Origin: Bacteroidales bacterium
GTDB lineage: Bacteria > Bacteroidota > Bacteroidia > Bacteroidales > WCHB1-69
DNA length: 64,000 bases
Direction: 5' to 3'
NCBI GenBank assembly: GCA_017649855.1
Contig: JAGCGA010000033.1
Location: forward strand, 1,016 to 65,015
Notes under the pieces: model-generated
What the model saw: only the letters and a program-made list of their open reading frames with translations
Database searches by the model: none
Told to the model about the DNA's origin: nothing
Shown here: positions 25,702-36,214 of the stretch, one piece after another
How positions within the stretch are numbered: the first letter of the stretch is position 1
How the letters are laid out: the number at the start of each line of letters is the position of its first letter
Made by a program: the position numbers and the translations under genes

Positions 25702-25762
25702 CGACCTCGTTATAAAGGAAGAACCGAAAATCCATAAAAGAGTAGGACGAACCATTAACTGC

Positions 25763-27070
25763 ATGCTTATGAAGCTCAACTACACGAATACATCATTTGC
25801 CGTCTCAGAAGAGGCTTTGTGTGCGCACAAGGCGCTTGCCGAGCAGGCCTATCAGACCACGGTCAGCAAGAGCGGCCGCGGCAACGACTTTTTAGGCTGG
25901 GTGGACCTGCCCGCCGGAATCAGTGAAGAGGATTTCGCCACCATCGAGCGATGTGCCGACCGTTTGGCCAGCAAGTCGGAGGTGACGGTCGTCATTGGCA
26001 TCGGAGGTTCCTACCTGGGCACCCGCGCCGTGGTGGAGGCATTGCAACACTCCTTTGGCGCCATGGTGCCGCAGCAGCGCCCCTACCTGCTCTATGCCGG
26101 CAACAACATGAGTGAAGACTATCTGCACGACCTGTTGGAGGTGTTAGACAAGAAGGACTACTCTTTGATTGTGATTTCCAAGTCGGGCACCACGACGGAG
26201 CCCGCCATCGCCTTCCGGGTGCTGAAGCAGCACTGTGAGCGCAAATATGGTCTGGAGGAGGCCCGCACGCGCATCGTGGCCGTCACGGATGCCGCACGCG
26301 GCGCCCTGCGCACTCTTGCCACCCAGGAGGGCTACGACACCTTCGTCATCCCCGACGATGTGGGCGGACGCTACTCCGTGCTGACCCCCGTGGGACTGCT
26401 GCCCATCGCGGTGGCCGGCTTCTCCATCCGCAAGCTGGTGGAAGGCGCCAAGGCTATCCGCACGGAACTCCTCGCCCACCCCGCCTTCGCCGACAACCCC
26501 GCCATGCAGTATGCACTGGTACGCTATATGCTCTACAACCAAGGCCTCAAGGTGGAACTGATGACCTCCTTCGAGCCTCGTCTCTTCTACTTCGTGGAGT
26601 GGTTCAAACAGCTCTTCGGCGAGAGCGAAGGCAAAGAGCACAAGGGCATCTTCCCCGCCGGCGCCATCTTCTCCACCGACCTGCACTCCCTCGGCCAGTA
26701 CATCCAAGAAGGCACCCGCCAACTCTTCGAGACCGTGCTGACCGTCGAGAAGGCCCACCATCATGTGGAGATCCCCTTCGACGAGAAGAATACCGACGGG
26801 CTCAACTACCTGCAACATCGCAGCATCGACGAGATCTGCCATATCGCCCAGCAGGGCACCTGCCAAGCCCATGTGTCCGGCGAAGTGCCGAACATCGAGA
26901 TCACCATCCCCGAGTTGTCTGAACACTACCTGGGCGAGCTGATCTACTTCTTCGAGTTCAGCTGTGCCGTCAGCGGTTATATGCTGGATGTCAACCCGTT
27001 TGACCAACCCGGCGTGGAAGCCTATAAACGCAACATGTTCCTGCTGCTTGGCAAACCCGGTGTTAAATAA
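25763..27070 (+). CDS. pgi: glucose-6-phosphate isomerase (short, roughly 440-aa type)
   Basis: It has the motifs GNDFLGWVDLP, IGIGGSYLG, ISKSGTTTEP, GGRYSVL and GESEGK. Confidence 0.9.
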   Translation: MLMKLNYTNTSFAVSEEALCAHKALAEQAYQTTVSKSGRGNDFLGWVDLPAGISEEDFATIERCADRLASKSEVTVVIGIGGSYLGTRAVVEALQHSFGAMVPQQRPYLLYAGNNMSEDYLHDLLEVLDKKDYSLIVISKSGTTTEPAIAFRVLKQHCERKYGLEEARTRIVAVTDAARGALRTLATQEGYDTFVIPDDVGGRYSVLTPVGLLPIAVAGFSIRKLVEGAKAIRTELLAHPAFADNPAMQYALVRYMLYNQGLKVELMTSFEPRLFYFVEWFKQLFGESEGKEHKGIFPAGAIFSTDLHSLGQYIQEGTRQLFETVLTVEKAHHHVEIPFDEKNTDGLNYLQHRSIDEICHIAQQGTCQAHVSGEVPNIEITIPELSEHYLGELIYFFEFSCAVSGYMLDVNPFDQPGVEAYKRNMFLLLGKPGVK

Positions 27071-27088
27071 TGCAAAAAAACGATCGTT

Positions 27089-28564
27089 TTGGCATCGTTC
27101 ATCCTCATATTTTTTGCATTCTACATTGTGATGCTGTTCGTCATCGCGGGCCTCACCTCGCGAAAGTCGGACAACCAGTCATACTTCACCGGCAACCGGA
27201 AGTCACCCTGGTTTGTGGTGGCATACGGCATGATCGGAAGCTCCCTGTCGGGAGTCACGTTCATGTCGGTGCCAGGCGATGTTTATACCACCCAGTTCAC
27301 CTACTTCGGGGTGGTCCTGGGCTACATCCTGGGCTATATCGTCATCGCCAAGCTACTGCTACCATTATATTATAGGCTGCAGGTGACCTCCATCTACGAA
27401 TACTTGGGCATGCGGGTAGGCAAGGAGGCCCACGCCACCGGCTCGCTGCTCTTCTTCATCTCGCGCCTGTTCGGTTCTGCATTACGCATGTATCTGGTTA
27501 TCTTCGTCTTGCAGATCTTCGTCTTCGACGGGTTGGGCATCCCCATCTGGCTGACCTCCATTGTGATGATCGCCATCATCCTGTTCTACACCTTCCGCAG
27601 CGGCCTCCGCACGGTGGTGTGGACCGACTTGTTGCAGACCACCTTCCTCATCGGGGCACTCGTCATCACGCTGATCGTCATCCTGCGCACCATGGACTCC
27701 TCCTTCTCGCAACTCTGGTCGGAGATGGCCACCGCCGGCAAGGGCGGGAGCGACTGCCGACTGATCTGGAACACCGACTGGCATAGCAACTGCTACTTCC
27801 TGAAGCAGATCATCGGCGGCATGTTCATCACCATCGCCATGACGGGCTTGGACCAGGACATGATGCAGAAGAACCTGTCGTGCAAGTCGTTGAAAGACGC
27901 CCAGCGCAATATGTTCTCTTTCACGGGTATTCTGGTGGTTGTCAACGTGCTCTTCCTGTTGTTGGGTGGCCTGCTACTGGTATTTGCCCAGCGCAATGGC
28001 ATCGACATCGCGAATATGCCGACCGACCGCATCTATCCCGAGATTGCCTTCCGCTATATCGGCAAGCTAGGCGCCATCGTCTTCATCTTCGGCCTTATCT
28101 CTGCCGGTTTCTCCTCTGCCGACGGCACCTTCACGGCACTGACCACCTCCGTGTGCTACGACATCCTCAAGATTCAGAATCGTCAGTATTCGGAAGAGCG
28201 CCAGGCCCGCATCCGCCGGATGGTGCACATCGTCATCGCCCTACTCTTCCTGTCGGTCATCATCTTCGTGTCAAGCCATCACAAAGATGCGCTCATCCGC
28301 ATCATCTTCAAGGTGGCCTCCTACACTTACGGTCCGCTGCTGGGGCTCTTCATCTTCGGCATGTTCACCCAGCGGGAGATTCCGGCCGGGCGCCGCTTCA
28401 TGATACCTGTCATCTCTCTGGTCATCCCCGCTTTCTGCTATGTGCTGGCCAGCTATTCGCAGCAGTGGTTCAACGGCTTCCAATTCGGCTATGAATTGCT
28501 GATTGTCAATGGATTATTGGTATTCCTCAGCCTGTTAGCCATTAGTAAGAAGAGTGATCAGTGA
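27089..28564 (+). CDS. sodium:solute symporter (SSF) family transporter
   Basis: It is a 491-aa polytopic membrane protein with a TTG start, about 13 hydrophobic segments, and SSF-like motifs (FFTGNRKSPW.., GLRTVVWTD). Confidence 0.7.
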   Translation: MASFILIFFAFYIVMLFVIAGLTSRKSDNQSYFTGNRKSPWFVVAYGMIGSSLSGVTFMSVPGDVYTTQFTYFGVVLGYILGYIVIAKLLLPLYYRLQVTSIYEYLGMRVGKEAHATGSLLFFISRLFGSALRMYLVIFVLQIFVFDGLGIPIWLTSIVMIAIILFYTFRSGLRTVVWTDLLQTTFLIGALVITLIVILRTMDSSFSQLWSEMATAGKGGSDCRLIWNTDWHSNCYFLKQIIGGMFITIAMTGLDQDMMQKNLSCKSLKDAQRNMFSFTGILVVVNVLFLLLGGLLLVFAQRNGIDIANMPTDRIYPEIAFRYIGKLGAIVFIFGLISAGFSSADGTFTALTTSVCYDILKIQNRQYSEERQARIRRMVHIVIALLFLSVIIFVSSHHKDALIRIIFKVASYTYGPLLGLFIFGMFTQREIPAGRRFMIPVISLVIPAFCYVLASYSQQWFNGFQFGYELLIVNGLLVFLSLLAISKKSDQ

Positions 28565-28650
28565 ACAGTGATCTGTGAGGAGTTTTTTTAATGCCAACAG
28601 CTAATGGCTAACAGCCAAAGTTCAAAGTCAAAGTCAATAGTCAAAGTATA
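28553..28650. repeat. 7-nt word array (agtgatc agtgaac agtgatc ... gccaaca gctaatg gctaaca gccaaag ttcaaag tcaaagt)
   Basis: Read directly. It begins within the last codons of the symporter gene and extends toward aqpZ. Confidence 0.75.
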
Positions 28651-28689
28651 AAAACCACACACCTTATTATTAACTAAAACCTTATCATT

Positions 28690-29376
28690 ATGAAAAAATT
28701 TATCGCTGAAATGATTGGAACGTTCGTGCTGACCCTGCTGGGTTGCGGTACGGCCATGTTTCTTGGATGCGCTACGCCTGCTGGTGTAGTGGGTACAGCT
28801 ATCGCCTTCGGTTTGACCGTGGTGGCCATGGCTTACACCATTGGTGGCATCTCCGGTTGTCACATCAACCCCGCCATCACCTTGGCAGTGGCACTCTCCG
28901 GCCGTATGAGCTGGAAGGATGCTTGCGGCTACTGGATTGGCCAGGTCATTGGTGGTATCCTCGCCGGCCTCGTGCTCTTCGCACTGGTCAATGTGGTGAC
29001 TCCTTCTGCCGAAGGCATTGCTGAAGGCATGCTGGGTCTCGGCTGCAACGGCGTGGCTAACGCTGGCGGCGTATGGGGTGCTTGCCTCGTAGAGGTTATC
29101 GCCACCTTCATCTTCGTGCTCGTGGTTCTCGGCACGACCGACTCCAAGCTGGGTGCTGGCAACTTCGCCGGTCTCGCCATCGGTCTCACCCTGATCCTGG
29201 TGCACCTCGTATGCATCAACCTGACGGGTACCTCTGTGAACCCTGCACGTTCCATCGGACCGGCCCTCTTCGCTGGTGGCCAGGCCCTGTGCGACCTCTG
29301 GGTGTTCATCTGCGCTCCGCTCGTGGGTGCCGCATTGTCCGCCCTCGTATGGAAAGGCCTCGCTTGCGAGAAATAA
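28690..29376 (+). CDS. aqpZ: aquaporin Z (MIP family water channel)
   Basis: It has two NPA boxes (HINPAITLA and SVNPARSIGPA) and is 228 aa long. Confidence 0.9.
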   Translation: MKKFIAEMIGTFVLTLLGCGTAMFLGCATPAGVVGTAIAFGLTVVAMAYTIGGISGCHINPAITLAVALSGRMSWKDACGYWIGQVIGGILAGLVLFALVNVVTPSAEGIAEGMLGLGCNGVANAGGVWGACLVEVIATFIFVLVVLGTTDSKLGAGNFAGLAIGLTLILVHLVCINLTGTSVNPARSIGPALFAGGQALCDLWVFICAPLVGAALSALVWKGLACEK

Positions 29377-29395
29377 CAAGCTGGTTTACCATCAC

Positions 29396-29436
29396 CAAAA
29401 AAGACGGGACTGTCCTTGGGCAGCCCCGTTTTTTTA
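29396..29436 (+). terminator. rho-independent terminator after aqpZ
   Basis: The sequence is aaaaaagacgggactg tccttggg cagccccgttttttt. It forms a GC-rich stem with one mismatch followed by a T-run. Confidence 0.75.
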
Positions 29437-29484
29437 TGATGAGAAATAGTATCTTGAACCTTGCTTTTTTCACAGAAAAAATGA

Positions 29485-29492
29485 TATATTTG
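29485..29492 (+). promoter_or_regulatory. -7 promoter box TATATTTG for the ABC-exporter operon
   Basis: A TAnnTTTG match lies about 90 nt upstream of the ATG at 29581. Confidence 0.4.
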
Positions 29493-29580
29493 CGGCTTGA
29501 AAAGTAGCGCTCGAGAAATCCAACCGAACGCCTTATATTTATTTTTGAATCAAAGACTTAAGAACATAAAAGAATTGATC

Positions 29581-30507
29581 ATGACCTCTTTGAAGTTGAC
29601 CTCTTCCCACCGTTTGGGCCTTTACCTTTGCCTTATGGTTTTCATCCTGACAGCCACCAGCTGTCGCAAGCACAAAAACGACGCGGACGCCTATGGTGTC
29701 TGCGAAGCCACGGAGATCACCGTCTCCTCCGAAGCCAACGGCAAGATGCTGGAATTCAAGATTCACGAAGGAGAGACCTATGGTGCCGGGGAGGTGGTAG
29801 GTTGTATTGACACCTTCCAGACTTATCTGCAAATCAAGCAGTTGGAATCGTCAATTAAAGCAGCCCTGGCGCGTCGACCGAACGCCACCACTCAGATACG
29901 GGTACTGGACGACAAGCTCTCCACCCTCAACAAGGAGAAGCAGCGTGTAAGCAACCTAATCGAAGCCAATGCCGCATCCACCAAGCAGTTGGATGACATC
30001 CAAGCGGAGATCAACATCACGAAGAGCCAGATTGCGGCCACCAAGTCCACCCTCTCCACCCAAGACCAGTCGTTGCTGGAAGAGGTGGAGGCGCTGCGAT
30101 TCCAGCTGCAACAGTTGCAACACGCCTTGGAAAGCTGCCATATCAAGACCCCCATTGCGGGCACCATCATCAACAAATACATCGAAGAGAGCGAGTTGGC
30201 CTATCAGGGCAAACCATTGTTCAAGATTGCGGACCTGAACAACATGTTCATCAAGGTTTACATCACCGAAGACCAGCTCTCCTCCATCAAGCTCAACCAG
30301 AAGGCAGTCGTACGTTTGGACAAGCCCGACGGCAAATTCATCAAGTTGGACGGCAAGGTCACCTGGATCTCTCCCAAGGCGGAGTTCACGCCGAAGATGA
30401 TCCAGACGAAGGACGAGCGTGCCAACCTGGTATATGCCGTGAAAGTAAGCTTCAAGAACGACGGCTCGGCCAAGATCGGCATGCCGGGCGATGTGCTGTT
30501 CAAATAG
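29581..30507 (+). CDS. HlyD-family periplasmic adaptor (YbhG-like)
   Basis: The internal Met gives a signal/lipoprotein-like N-terminus (LMVFILTATSC). It has a long coiled-coil middle and a beta-barrel C-terminus (GMPGDVLF). Confidence 0.75.
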   Translation: MTSLKLTSSHRLGLYLCLMVFILTATSCRKHKNDADAYGVCEATEITVSSEANGKMLEFKIHEGETYGAGEVVGCIDTFQTYLQIKQLESSIKAALARRPNATTQIRVLDDKLSTLNKEKQRVSNLIEANAASTKQLDDIQAEINITKSQIAATKSTLSTQDQSLLEEVEALRFQLQQLQHALESCHIKTPIAGTIINKYIEESELAYQGKPLFKIADLNNMFIKVYITEDQLSSIKLNQKAVVRLDKPDGKFIKLDGKVTWISPKAEFTPKMIQTKDERANLVYAVKVSFKNDGSAKIGMPGDVLFK

Positions 30508-30522
30508 TTAAGTCTGCGGGCT

Positions 30523-31449
30523 GTGAATGCGCTCTCTGTACAGAAGGTCAGCAAGGTTTACAACAAAACCGTCCAAGCGCTCCGGGACATCACCTTTGAG
30601 ATCCGGGAGGGCGAGTTGTTCGGTCTGGTAGGCCCTGACGGCGCAGGCAAGTCCACCCTTTTCAACATCCTCACCACGCTGTTGCTGCCCGACAGTGGCG
30701 ACATCAAGATCTTGGACATGGACTTGATTGCGGATTATAAGGCAGTAAGGCAGGTGATCGGCTATCTGCCGGGCACCTTCTCTTTGTATCCCGACCTCTC
30801 CGTCAAGGAGAATCTGGACTTCTTTGCCGTGATGTACAAGAGTGACATTGAGGCCAACATGGACCTCATCCGTCCCATCTGGCGTCAGATAGAGCCCTTC
30901 AGCAAGCGCAAGGCGGGCAAGCTCTCCGGCGGCATGAAGCAGAAGTTGGCGCTCTGTTGTGCGTTGATCCACCGACCCAGGATCCTCTTCTTGGATGAGC
31001 CCACCACCGGTGTGGATCCCGTATCCCGCAAGGAGTTCTGGGAGATCCTGCAGGCCATCCGCACCCAAGGCATCACCGTGCTGGTGTCCACCCCCTACAT
31101 GGACGAGGCCACCCTCTGCGACCGTATCGCCTTGATACAAAACGGCAGCATCCTGGGCATTGACACGCCAGAGGCTATCATGAAGCATTTCCGCGGTTCC
31201 CTCTACACCTTCCGTAGTGCGGACATCTTCTCACTCCTCAACGCGCTGAAACAGTGTCCCTTGCAATGCAACTACTACCCTTATGGGGAGCATTGCCATA
31301 TTGCCTTCTACGAAGACATGGAGAAGGCCATGCCGCAATTCCTGCAGTTCCTGGAGGAGCAGCACCAAGAGCACGGGGAGATCACAGCCATACAGCCCTC
31401 CATCGAGGACTGTTTTATAGAAATCGTCAAAATGAACAGCCATGAATAG
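30523..31449 (+). CDS. ABC transporter ATP-binding protein (first half of a split YbhF-like ATPase)
   Basis: It has Walker A GPDGAGKST, the signature LSGGMKQKL and Walker B ILFLDEPT. The start codon is GTG. Confidence 0.9.
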   Translation: MNALSVQKVSKVYNKTVQALRDITFEIREGELFGLVGPDGAGKSTLFNILTTLLLPDSGDIKILDMDLIADYKAVRQVIGYLPGTFSLYPDLSVKENLDFFAVMYKSDIEANMDLIRPIWRQIEPFSKRKAGKLSGGMKQKLALCCALIHRPRILFLDEPTTGVDPVSRKEFWEILQAIRTQGITVLVSTPYMDEATLCDRIALIQNGSILGIDTPEAIMKHFRGSLYTFRSADIFSLLNALKQCPLQCNYYPYGEHCHIAFYEDMEKAMPQFLQFLEEQHQEHGEITAIQPSIEDCFIEIVKMNSHE

Positions 31450-32161
31450 CATAGAGGTAGATCATCTGACGAAAAAATTCGGTGACTTCACGGCGGTCAA
31501 CGAGATCAGCTTCCAGGTCAAGGAGGGTGAGATCTTCGGCTTCCTGGGGGCCAACGGTGCTGGCAAGACCACGGCCATCAAGATGATGAGCGGTCTGTTG
31601 CAGCCCACCTCCGGCACGGCCATCGTGGCCGGCTATGATGTCGTCACCCAGCCCAAGCTCATCAAGCGCAACATCGGCTATATGAGCCAGCGCTTCTCCC
31701 TCTACAACGACCTCACCGTCTTCGAGAACATGCAGCTGTTCGGCACCATCTACAAGATCCCCCGCAAGGAGCTCAAGAAGCGCATCATGGACAGTCTGGC
31801 GGCCTTGGACATGACCAAGCAGGCCAACCTGCTGGTGCACTCCATTCCCTTAGGATGGAAACAGAAGCTAGCCTTTGCCACGGCCATCCTACACAAGCCC
31901 AAGATCGTCTTCCTCGACGAGCCCACCTCCGGCGTGGACCCCATCGTGCGCCGTGAATTCTGGAACCTCATCTACGAGACCGCCTCCACCGGCGTCACCA
32001 TCCTGGTCACCACCCACTACATGGATGAGGCGGAATACTGCCACCGCATCTCCATCATGGCCGACGGCAACATCCGGCTGTTGGGCACCCCCGAAGAGTT
32101 GAAACAGCAGGTCGGCGTGAACACCATCAACGATGTCTTTGTGGAATACGTAAAACATTAA
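31442..32161 (+). CDS. ABC transporter ATP-binding protein (second ATPase)
   Basis: It has Walker A GANGAGKTT and Walker B IVFLDEPTSG. It overlaps the preceding gene by 8 nt. Confidence 0.9.
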   Translation: MNSIEVDHLTKKFGDFTAVNEISFQVKEGEIFGFLGANGAGKTTAIKMMSGLLQPTSGTAIVAGYDVVTQPKLIKRNIGYMSQRFSLYNDLTVFENMQLFGTIYKIPRKELKKRIMDSLAALDMTKQANLLVHSIPLGWKQKLAFATAILHKPKIVFLDEPTSGVDPIVRREFWNLIYETASTGVTILVTTHYMDEAEYCHRISIMADGNIRLLGTPEELKQQVGVNTINDVFVEYVKH

Positions 32162-32173
32162 CCGACGGAAGAG

Positions 32174-33277
32174 ATGAAAGAGTTGCGCATGATATTAAAG
32201 AAGGAGTTCATCCACATCTTCCGTGACCGGATCACGCTCTTGCTGGTCCTGGCCATGCCGGTGGCATTGGTGCTGCTCTTCGGCTTCACCATCAGCACCG
32301 ACATTCACAATGCCAGCATCGCCGTGTTGGACCATGCCAAAGACACACAGTCACAGAACTTCATCCAGAAGCTCTCCTCTTCCAACTATTTCCAGATAGT
32401 CTCCTATCCTAGCACGGAAGCCGAGATCGACTTTCAGTTCAAGGAGAACAACATCAAGCTGGCCATCATCATCCCTCAGAATTTCGAGAGCCAGCTCGAG
32501 AAAGAGCATTCGGCCACCATCCAGATCATCGACGACGTCTCCGACCTCAACATCGCCTCCATCTTGAACAACTACGTCCGGTCGGTGACGCAAGACTTCC
32601 AGAACGAATACAACCAGCATATCACCTCGGCCGATGCCTTCAGCATCACCACCAAGATGGAGTACAACAGCAACATGGAGAGTGTCTATATGTTTGTGCC
32701 GGGCATCATCACGCTGATTATGATTCTGGTTACGGCCCTGATGAGTTCCATCACGCTGGCGCGTGAAAAGGAGACGGGCACCATGCGGATGCTCTTCATC
32801 ACGCCGGTCAACAAAATCCACATTGTCATCGGCAAGGTCATCCCCTATATGATCATCTCGTTCCTGAGCACGATCGTCATCATCATCATCAGCGTCTTTG
32901 TTTTCAAGATGCCCCTCAACGGAAGCATCCTCTTCTTACTCCTGCTCTGCATCATCTTCATGCTCACGGCAGCCTCCTTCGGCATGCTCATCTCAACCAT
33001 CAGCACCACCCAGCTCGACGCCATGATGATCACGATGATGGGACTGTTCCTTCCCACCGTGCTATTGTCGGGCTTCCTGTTCCCGCTCAACAGCATGCCC
33101 ATGATCTTCCAGGTGCTCGCCAATGTCTTCCCGGCCAAATGGTTCATCCTGGCCATCAAAGACGTGATGATCAAGGGCTCGGGTTTCTTCGACGTTTGGC
33201 CATACCTGACCATCCTTTTCGGCATGGCCGTTGTCTTCATCAGTATCAGTCTCAAAATGTTGGATAAAAGAAATTAG
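32174..33277 (+). CDS. ABC-2 type permease (YbhS/YbhR-like)
   Basis: It has an N-terminal TM helix, a large extracytoplasmic loop and five C-terminal TM helices. It is a paralogue of the next gene. Confidence 0.8.
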   Translation: MKELRMILKKEFIHIFRDRITLLLVLAMPVALVLLFGFTISTDIHNASIAVLDHAKDTQSQNFIQKLSSSNYFQIVSYPSTEAEIDFQFKENNIKLAIIIPQNFESQLEKEHSATIQIIDDVSDLNIASILNNYVRSVTQDFQNEYNQHITSADAFSITTKMEYNSNMESVYMFVPGIITLIMILVTALMSSITLAREKETGTMRMLFITPVNKIHIVIGKVIPYMIISFLSTIVIIIISVFVFKMPLNGSILFLLLLCIIFMLTAASFGMLISTISTTQLDAMMITMMGLFLPTVLLSGFLFPLNSMPMIFQVLANVFPAKWFILAIKDVMIKGSGFFDVWPYLTILFGMAVVFISISLKMLDKRN

Positions 33278-33280
33278 GCT

Positions 33281-34402
33281 ATGAGAACGATTCTGATATT
33301 GATCAAAAAAGAGTTTCTGCAGGTGTTCCGCAATCCCTTGTTGCTGAGCATCCTGATTGTGGCGCCCATGGTGCAGTTCATGATCTTCCCCTTCTGCGCC
33401 GATTATGAGATCAAGGTGTTGGACATTGCCTTCATCGACCATGACCGTTCCAATATCAGCCAAGAGATCATCCATAGCTTTGATGCCTCCGACATCTTTG
33501 TCACCCACGGCATCCTGAGCAACAAAAAGGAGGCCAACGAGATGATGAAGCACGACAAAGTGGACATCATCGTGGAGTTTCCCGCTCATTTTGAGCGACT
33601 CCTGATGAATGGCTCCCCCACCCGCATTGCGATTACGGCCAATGCCATCAACACCACCAAGGCGGGCATCGGCGTTGGCTACACCCAAGAGATCATCGGG
33701 GGCTACATGCAAGAATACATGGCACAGAACATGCACTATTCCGGCAATGAGATACCCGCCAACCTGAACCTCTCCCACATCTATTGGTACAATGAGCAGA
33801 TGAACTACAAGAACCTCATCGTGCCGGGCATCCTGGTCATCCTGGTCACCTTGATCGGCTGTTATGTGACGGCCTTGAACCTGGTGCGCGAGAAGGAAAT
33901 CGGCACCATCGAGCAGGTCAATGTGACCCCGATCCGGAGGTGGCAGTTCCTGCTGGGCAAGATGATTCCCTTCTGGATCCTCGGCATGGCGGAGTTCATC
34001 TTGGGACTGGTCATCATGAAGCTCGTCTTCGGCATCACCGTCCAAGGCAGCATCCCCATGTTGTTAGGCATCACCGCCATCTATCTGTTCGTCATGCTCG
34101 GCCTGGGATTCTTCATCTCCAGCGTCTCGGAAAACCAGCTGCAGGCCATGTTCATCGTGCTGTTCCTCTTCATCATCTTCGTGCTGTTGAGTGGACTGTT
34201 CACCCCGACAGAAGGCATGCCGAAATGGGCACACTACATCAACTATCTGAACCCCATGTCGTTCTATATGGAAGTCATCAAGAAAGTAGTGCTGAAAGGC
34301 AGTGCCTTCATCAGTGTGCAGAAGGAGACCCTCGTACTCGTCGGCATGGCGATCATCGTGAACACAGGCGCTATTTTGAGTTATCAGGAAAAGAGTAAAT
34401 AA
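33281..34402 (+). CDS. ABC-2 type permease (YbhS/YbhR-like)
   Basis: Its architecture matches 32174-33277. Confidence 0.8.
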   Translation: MRTILILIKKEFLQVFRNPLLLSILIVAPMVQFMIFPFCADYEIKVLDIAFIDHDRSNISQEIIHSFDASDIFVTHGILSNKKEANEMMKHDKVDIIVEFPAHFERLLMNGSPTRIAITANAINTTKAGIGVGYTQEIIGGYMQEYMAQNMHYSGNEIPANLNLSHIYWYNEQMNYKNLIVPGILVILVTLIGCYVTALNLVREKEIGTIEQVNVTPIRRWQFLLGKMIPFWILGMAEFILGLVIMKLVFGITVQGSIPMLLGITAIYLFVMLGLGFFISSVSENQLQAMFIVLFLFIIFVLLSGLFTPTEGMPKWAHYINYLNPMSFYMEVIKKVVLKGSAFISVQKETLVLVGMAIIVNTGAILSYQEKSK

Positions 34403-35019
34403 TGAAACGGTTTCAGCATATAACGGCACCCCTCATCCTTTTCCTGCTTGTCGGATTTGTTTTTCCCGTCAAGGCTGGGAGTACCGATTCCTTGCTCCAA
34501 AAGAAGGCATATGTTCATCTAGGTTTTGAGGCCGAATGGAACAAAGTACTGCGAAATCATCAGATCTTTCAATCAGGCAATGGTTATGGCGGATGCGCCA
34601 CTTTGACCTTTTCCACCAATTCCATCTTTTCTGTTGGCATTGGCGCGGGGTTTAACGGATACTATATCGCCCAAGAGGTTGGACGCCACATACACTACAT
34701 CCGTTACCATCTATTCATGACACGGGAATTCTTCACATTCCAGATCTTACCCTATAAGAAAAACTGGACTCCTTTCCTGAACTTCAAAATCGGCATGACA
34801 CAGTTTATCGGTCCAGACGAGTTTCGGGAGTTGGCATCCGAAAACAGATATGCTCCGATAAAACTCTTGATGAGTATCACCATCGGCGCTGCCCACAGAT
34901 TCCACCATGGCGACATCCTCTATTTTGGTGTTTCCTTTGACAGCATCAGTCGAAACTACGCGCTGACAACAAAAGTGGGATACCGTTTTCAATTAAATCA
35001 TCGAAAAGAACTTATATAA
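34402..35019 (+). CDS. small secreted, outer-membrane beta-barrel-like hypothetical protein
   Basis: It has a signal peptide (LILFLLVGFVFPVKA), an alternating hydrophobic pattern and a C-terminal aromatic region (VGYRFQL). The start codon abuts the permease stop codon. It is visibly less GC-rich than its neighbours. Confidence 0.4.
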   Translation: MKRFQHITAPLILFLLVGFVFPVKAGSTDSLLQKKAYVHLGFEAEWNKVLRNHQIFQSGNGYGGCATLTFSTNSIFSVGIGAGFNGYYIAQEVGRHIHYIRYHLFMTREFFTFQILPYKKNWTPFLNFKIGMTQFIGPDEFRELASENRYAPIKLLMSITIGAAHRFHHGDILYFGVSFDSISRNYALTTKVGYRFQLNHRKELI

Positions 35020-35046
35020 TACCATTCATACAAAAACCACCTATTC

Positions 35047-36198
35047 ATGCTGATATTAGAAAAACCATACGTATCTGAAACATTGATCAAGACTGCCATT
35101 GAGCAGCATCTCCCGGTCCTGCGCAACGCCATGTCGGAACAGATTGTAGCGAACGGATATCCGCTTCACCTCTACAACGACGAAGAGTTTGTGGCCGCCT
35201 ATCAGCAACGCGGACGTCTCTACACGATGTCGGAGAACGCCTTGGGCTGGCTGGTGGAGCATCTGCCAGACCAGGAACTTCTGGACAAGATCGCCCTGCT
35301 GAAAGACAAAGCCACCTTCCGCCGCATCTGCCAAGACATGTACCCCGACTTCTTTTTCTGCGAAGAGGAGATCGCCAAGCTGGACGGCATCCAGGCCGAC
35401 AAGCTCCCTTATCCGTTGGTGCTGAAGCCCTCCGTCGGCTTTTTGAGCGCCGGCGTGCATGTGGTGCATGATGTCCAGGAATGGCAGGCTGCCATCCGCG
35501 ACATCCAAGAGAACTTCCACAAGGTGAGCGCCCAATTCCCCGAATTCGTCATCGGCACACAGAAATTCTTGATTGAAGCCTATATCCATGGCGAGGAGTA
35601 CGCTGTGGACACCTACTTTGACGACCAGGGCGTCCCCACCATCCTCAATATCTTCCACCATCGCTTTGCCAACGAGTCAGACACCTCCGACCGTCTGTAC
35701 TGCTCCAGTAGAGCCTTATACGACCAATACGAGGAGCCTTTCATGAACTTCCTCGTACAACTCAACAAGGTATTGAAACTGCATGACTTCCCCATGCACA
35801 TTGAGTTCCGCTACGATGGACGGAAGGCTATCCCCATCGAGATCAACCCGTTGCGTTTTGCCGGATTCTGCCTGAACGAACTGCAGACCCACATCAGCGG
35901 CCTGCACCCGATCGTTGCCTATCTGGAAAACATCCACTTGAGCAAGGAGGAGATGTGGAAGGGCAAAGAGCAGGACACCTACAGTTTCCTCGTCTTGGAG
36001 CGCCCCGCCGACGCCAAGCCGGAGGAGCGTTTCAACGAGCGTAAGTTCCGCGAGGACATGATGGATGTGCTGGAGCTGCGTCCTTTGGCCGACCCTACCG
36101 TCGGTGTGGCTGCCACCGCCTTCATCCGTACCGACAACGCCCATCAAGCCGAATTAGAGCATATCCTGCATCTGGACATGCACGACTATATGATATAG
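35047..36198 (+). CDS. ATP-grasp domain protein of unknown substrate
   Basis: It has VLKPSVGFLSAGVHVV, EEYAVD and HIEFRYDGRKAIPIEINPLR, which are ATP-grasp signature segments. Confidence 0.7.
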   Translation: MLILEKPYVSETLIKTAIEQHLPVLRNAMSEQIVANGYPLHLYNDEEFVAAYQQRGRLYTMSENALGWLVEHLPDQELLDKIALLKDKATFRRICQDMYPDFFFCEEEIAKLDGIQADKLPYPLVLKPSVGFLSAGVHVVHDVQEWQAAIRDIQENFHKVSAQFPEFVIGTQKFLIEAYIHGEEYAVDTYFDDQGVPTILNIFHHRFANESDTSDRLYCSSRALYDQYEEPFMNFLVQLNKVLKLHDFPMHIEFRYDGRKAIPIEINPLRFAGFCLNELQTHISGLHPIVAYLENIHLSKEEMWKGKEQDTYSFLVLERPADAKPEERFNERKFREDMMDVLELRPLADPTVGVAATAFIRTDNAHQAELEHILHLDMHDYMI

Positions 36199-36214
36199 AG
36201 CAAAAATCACCATC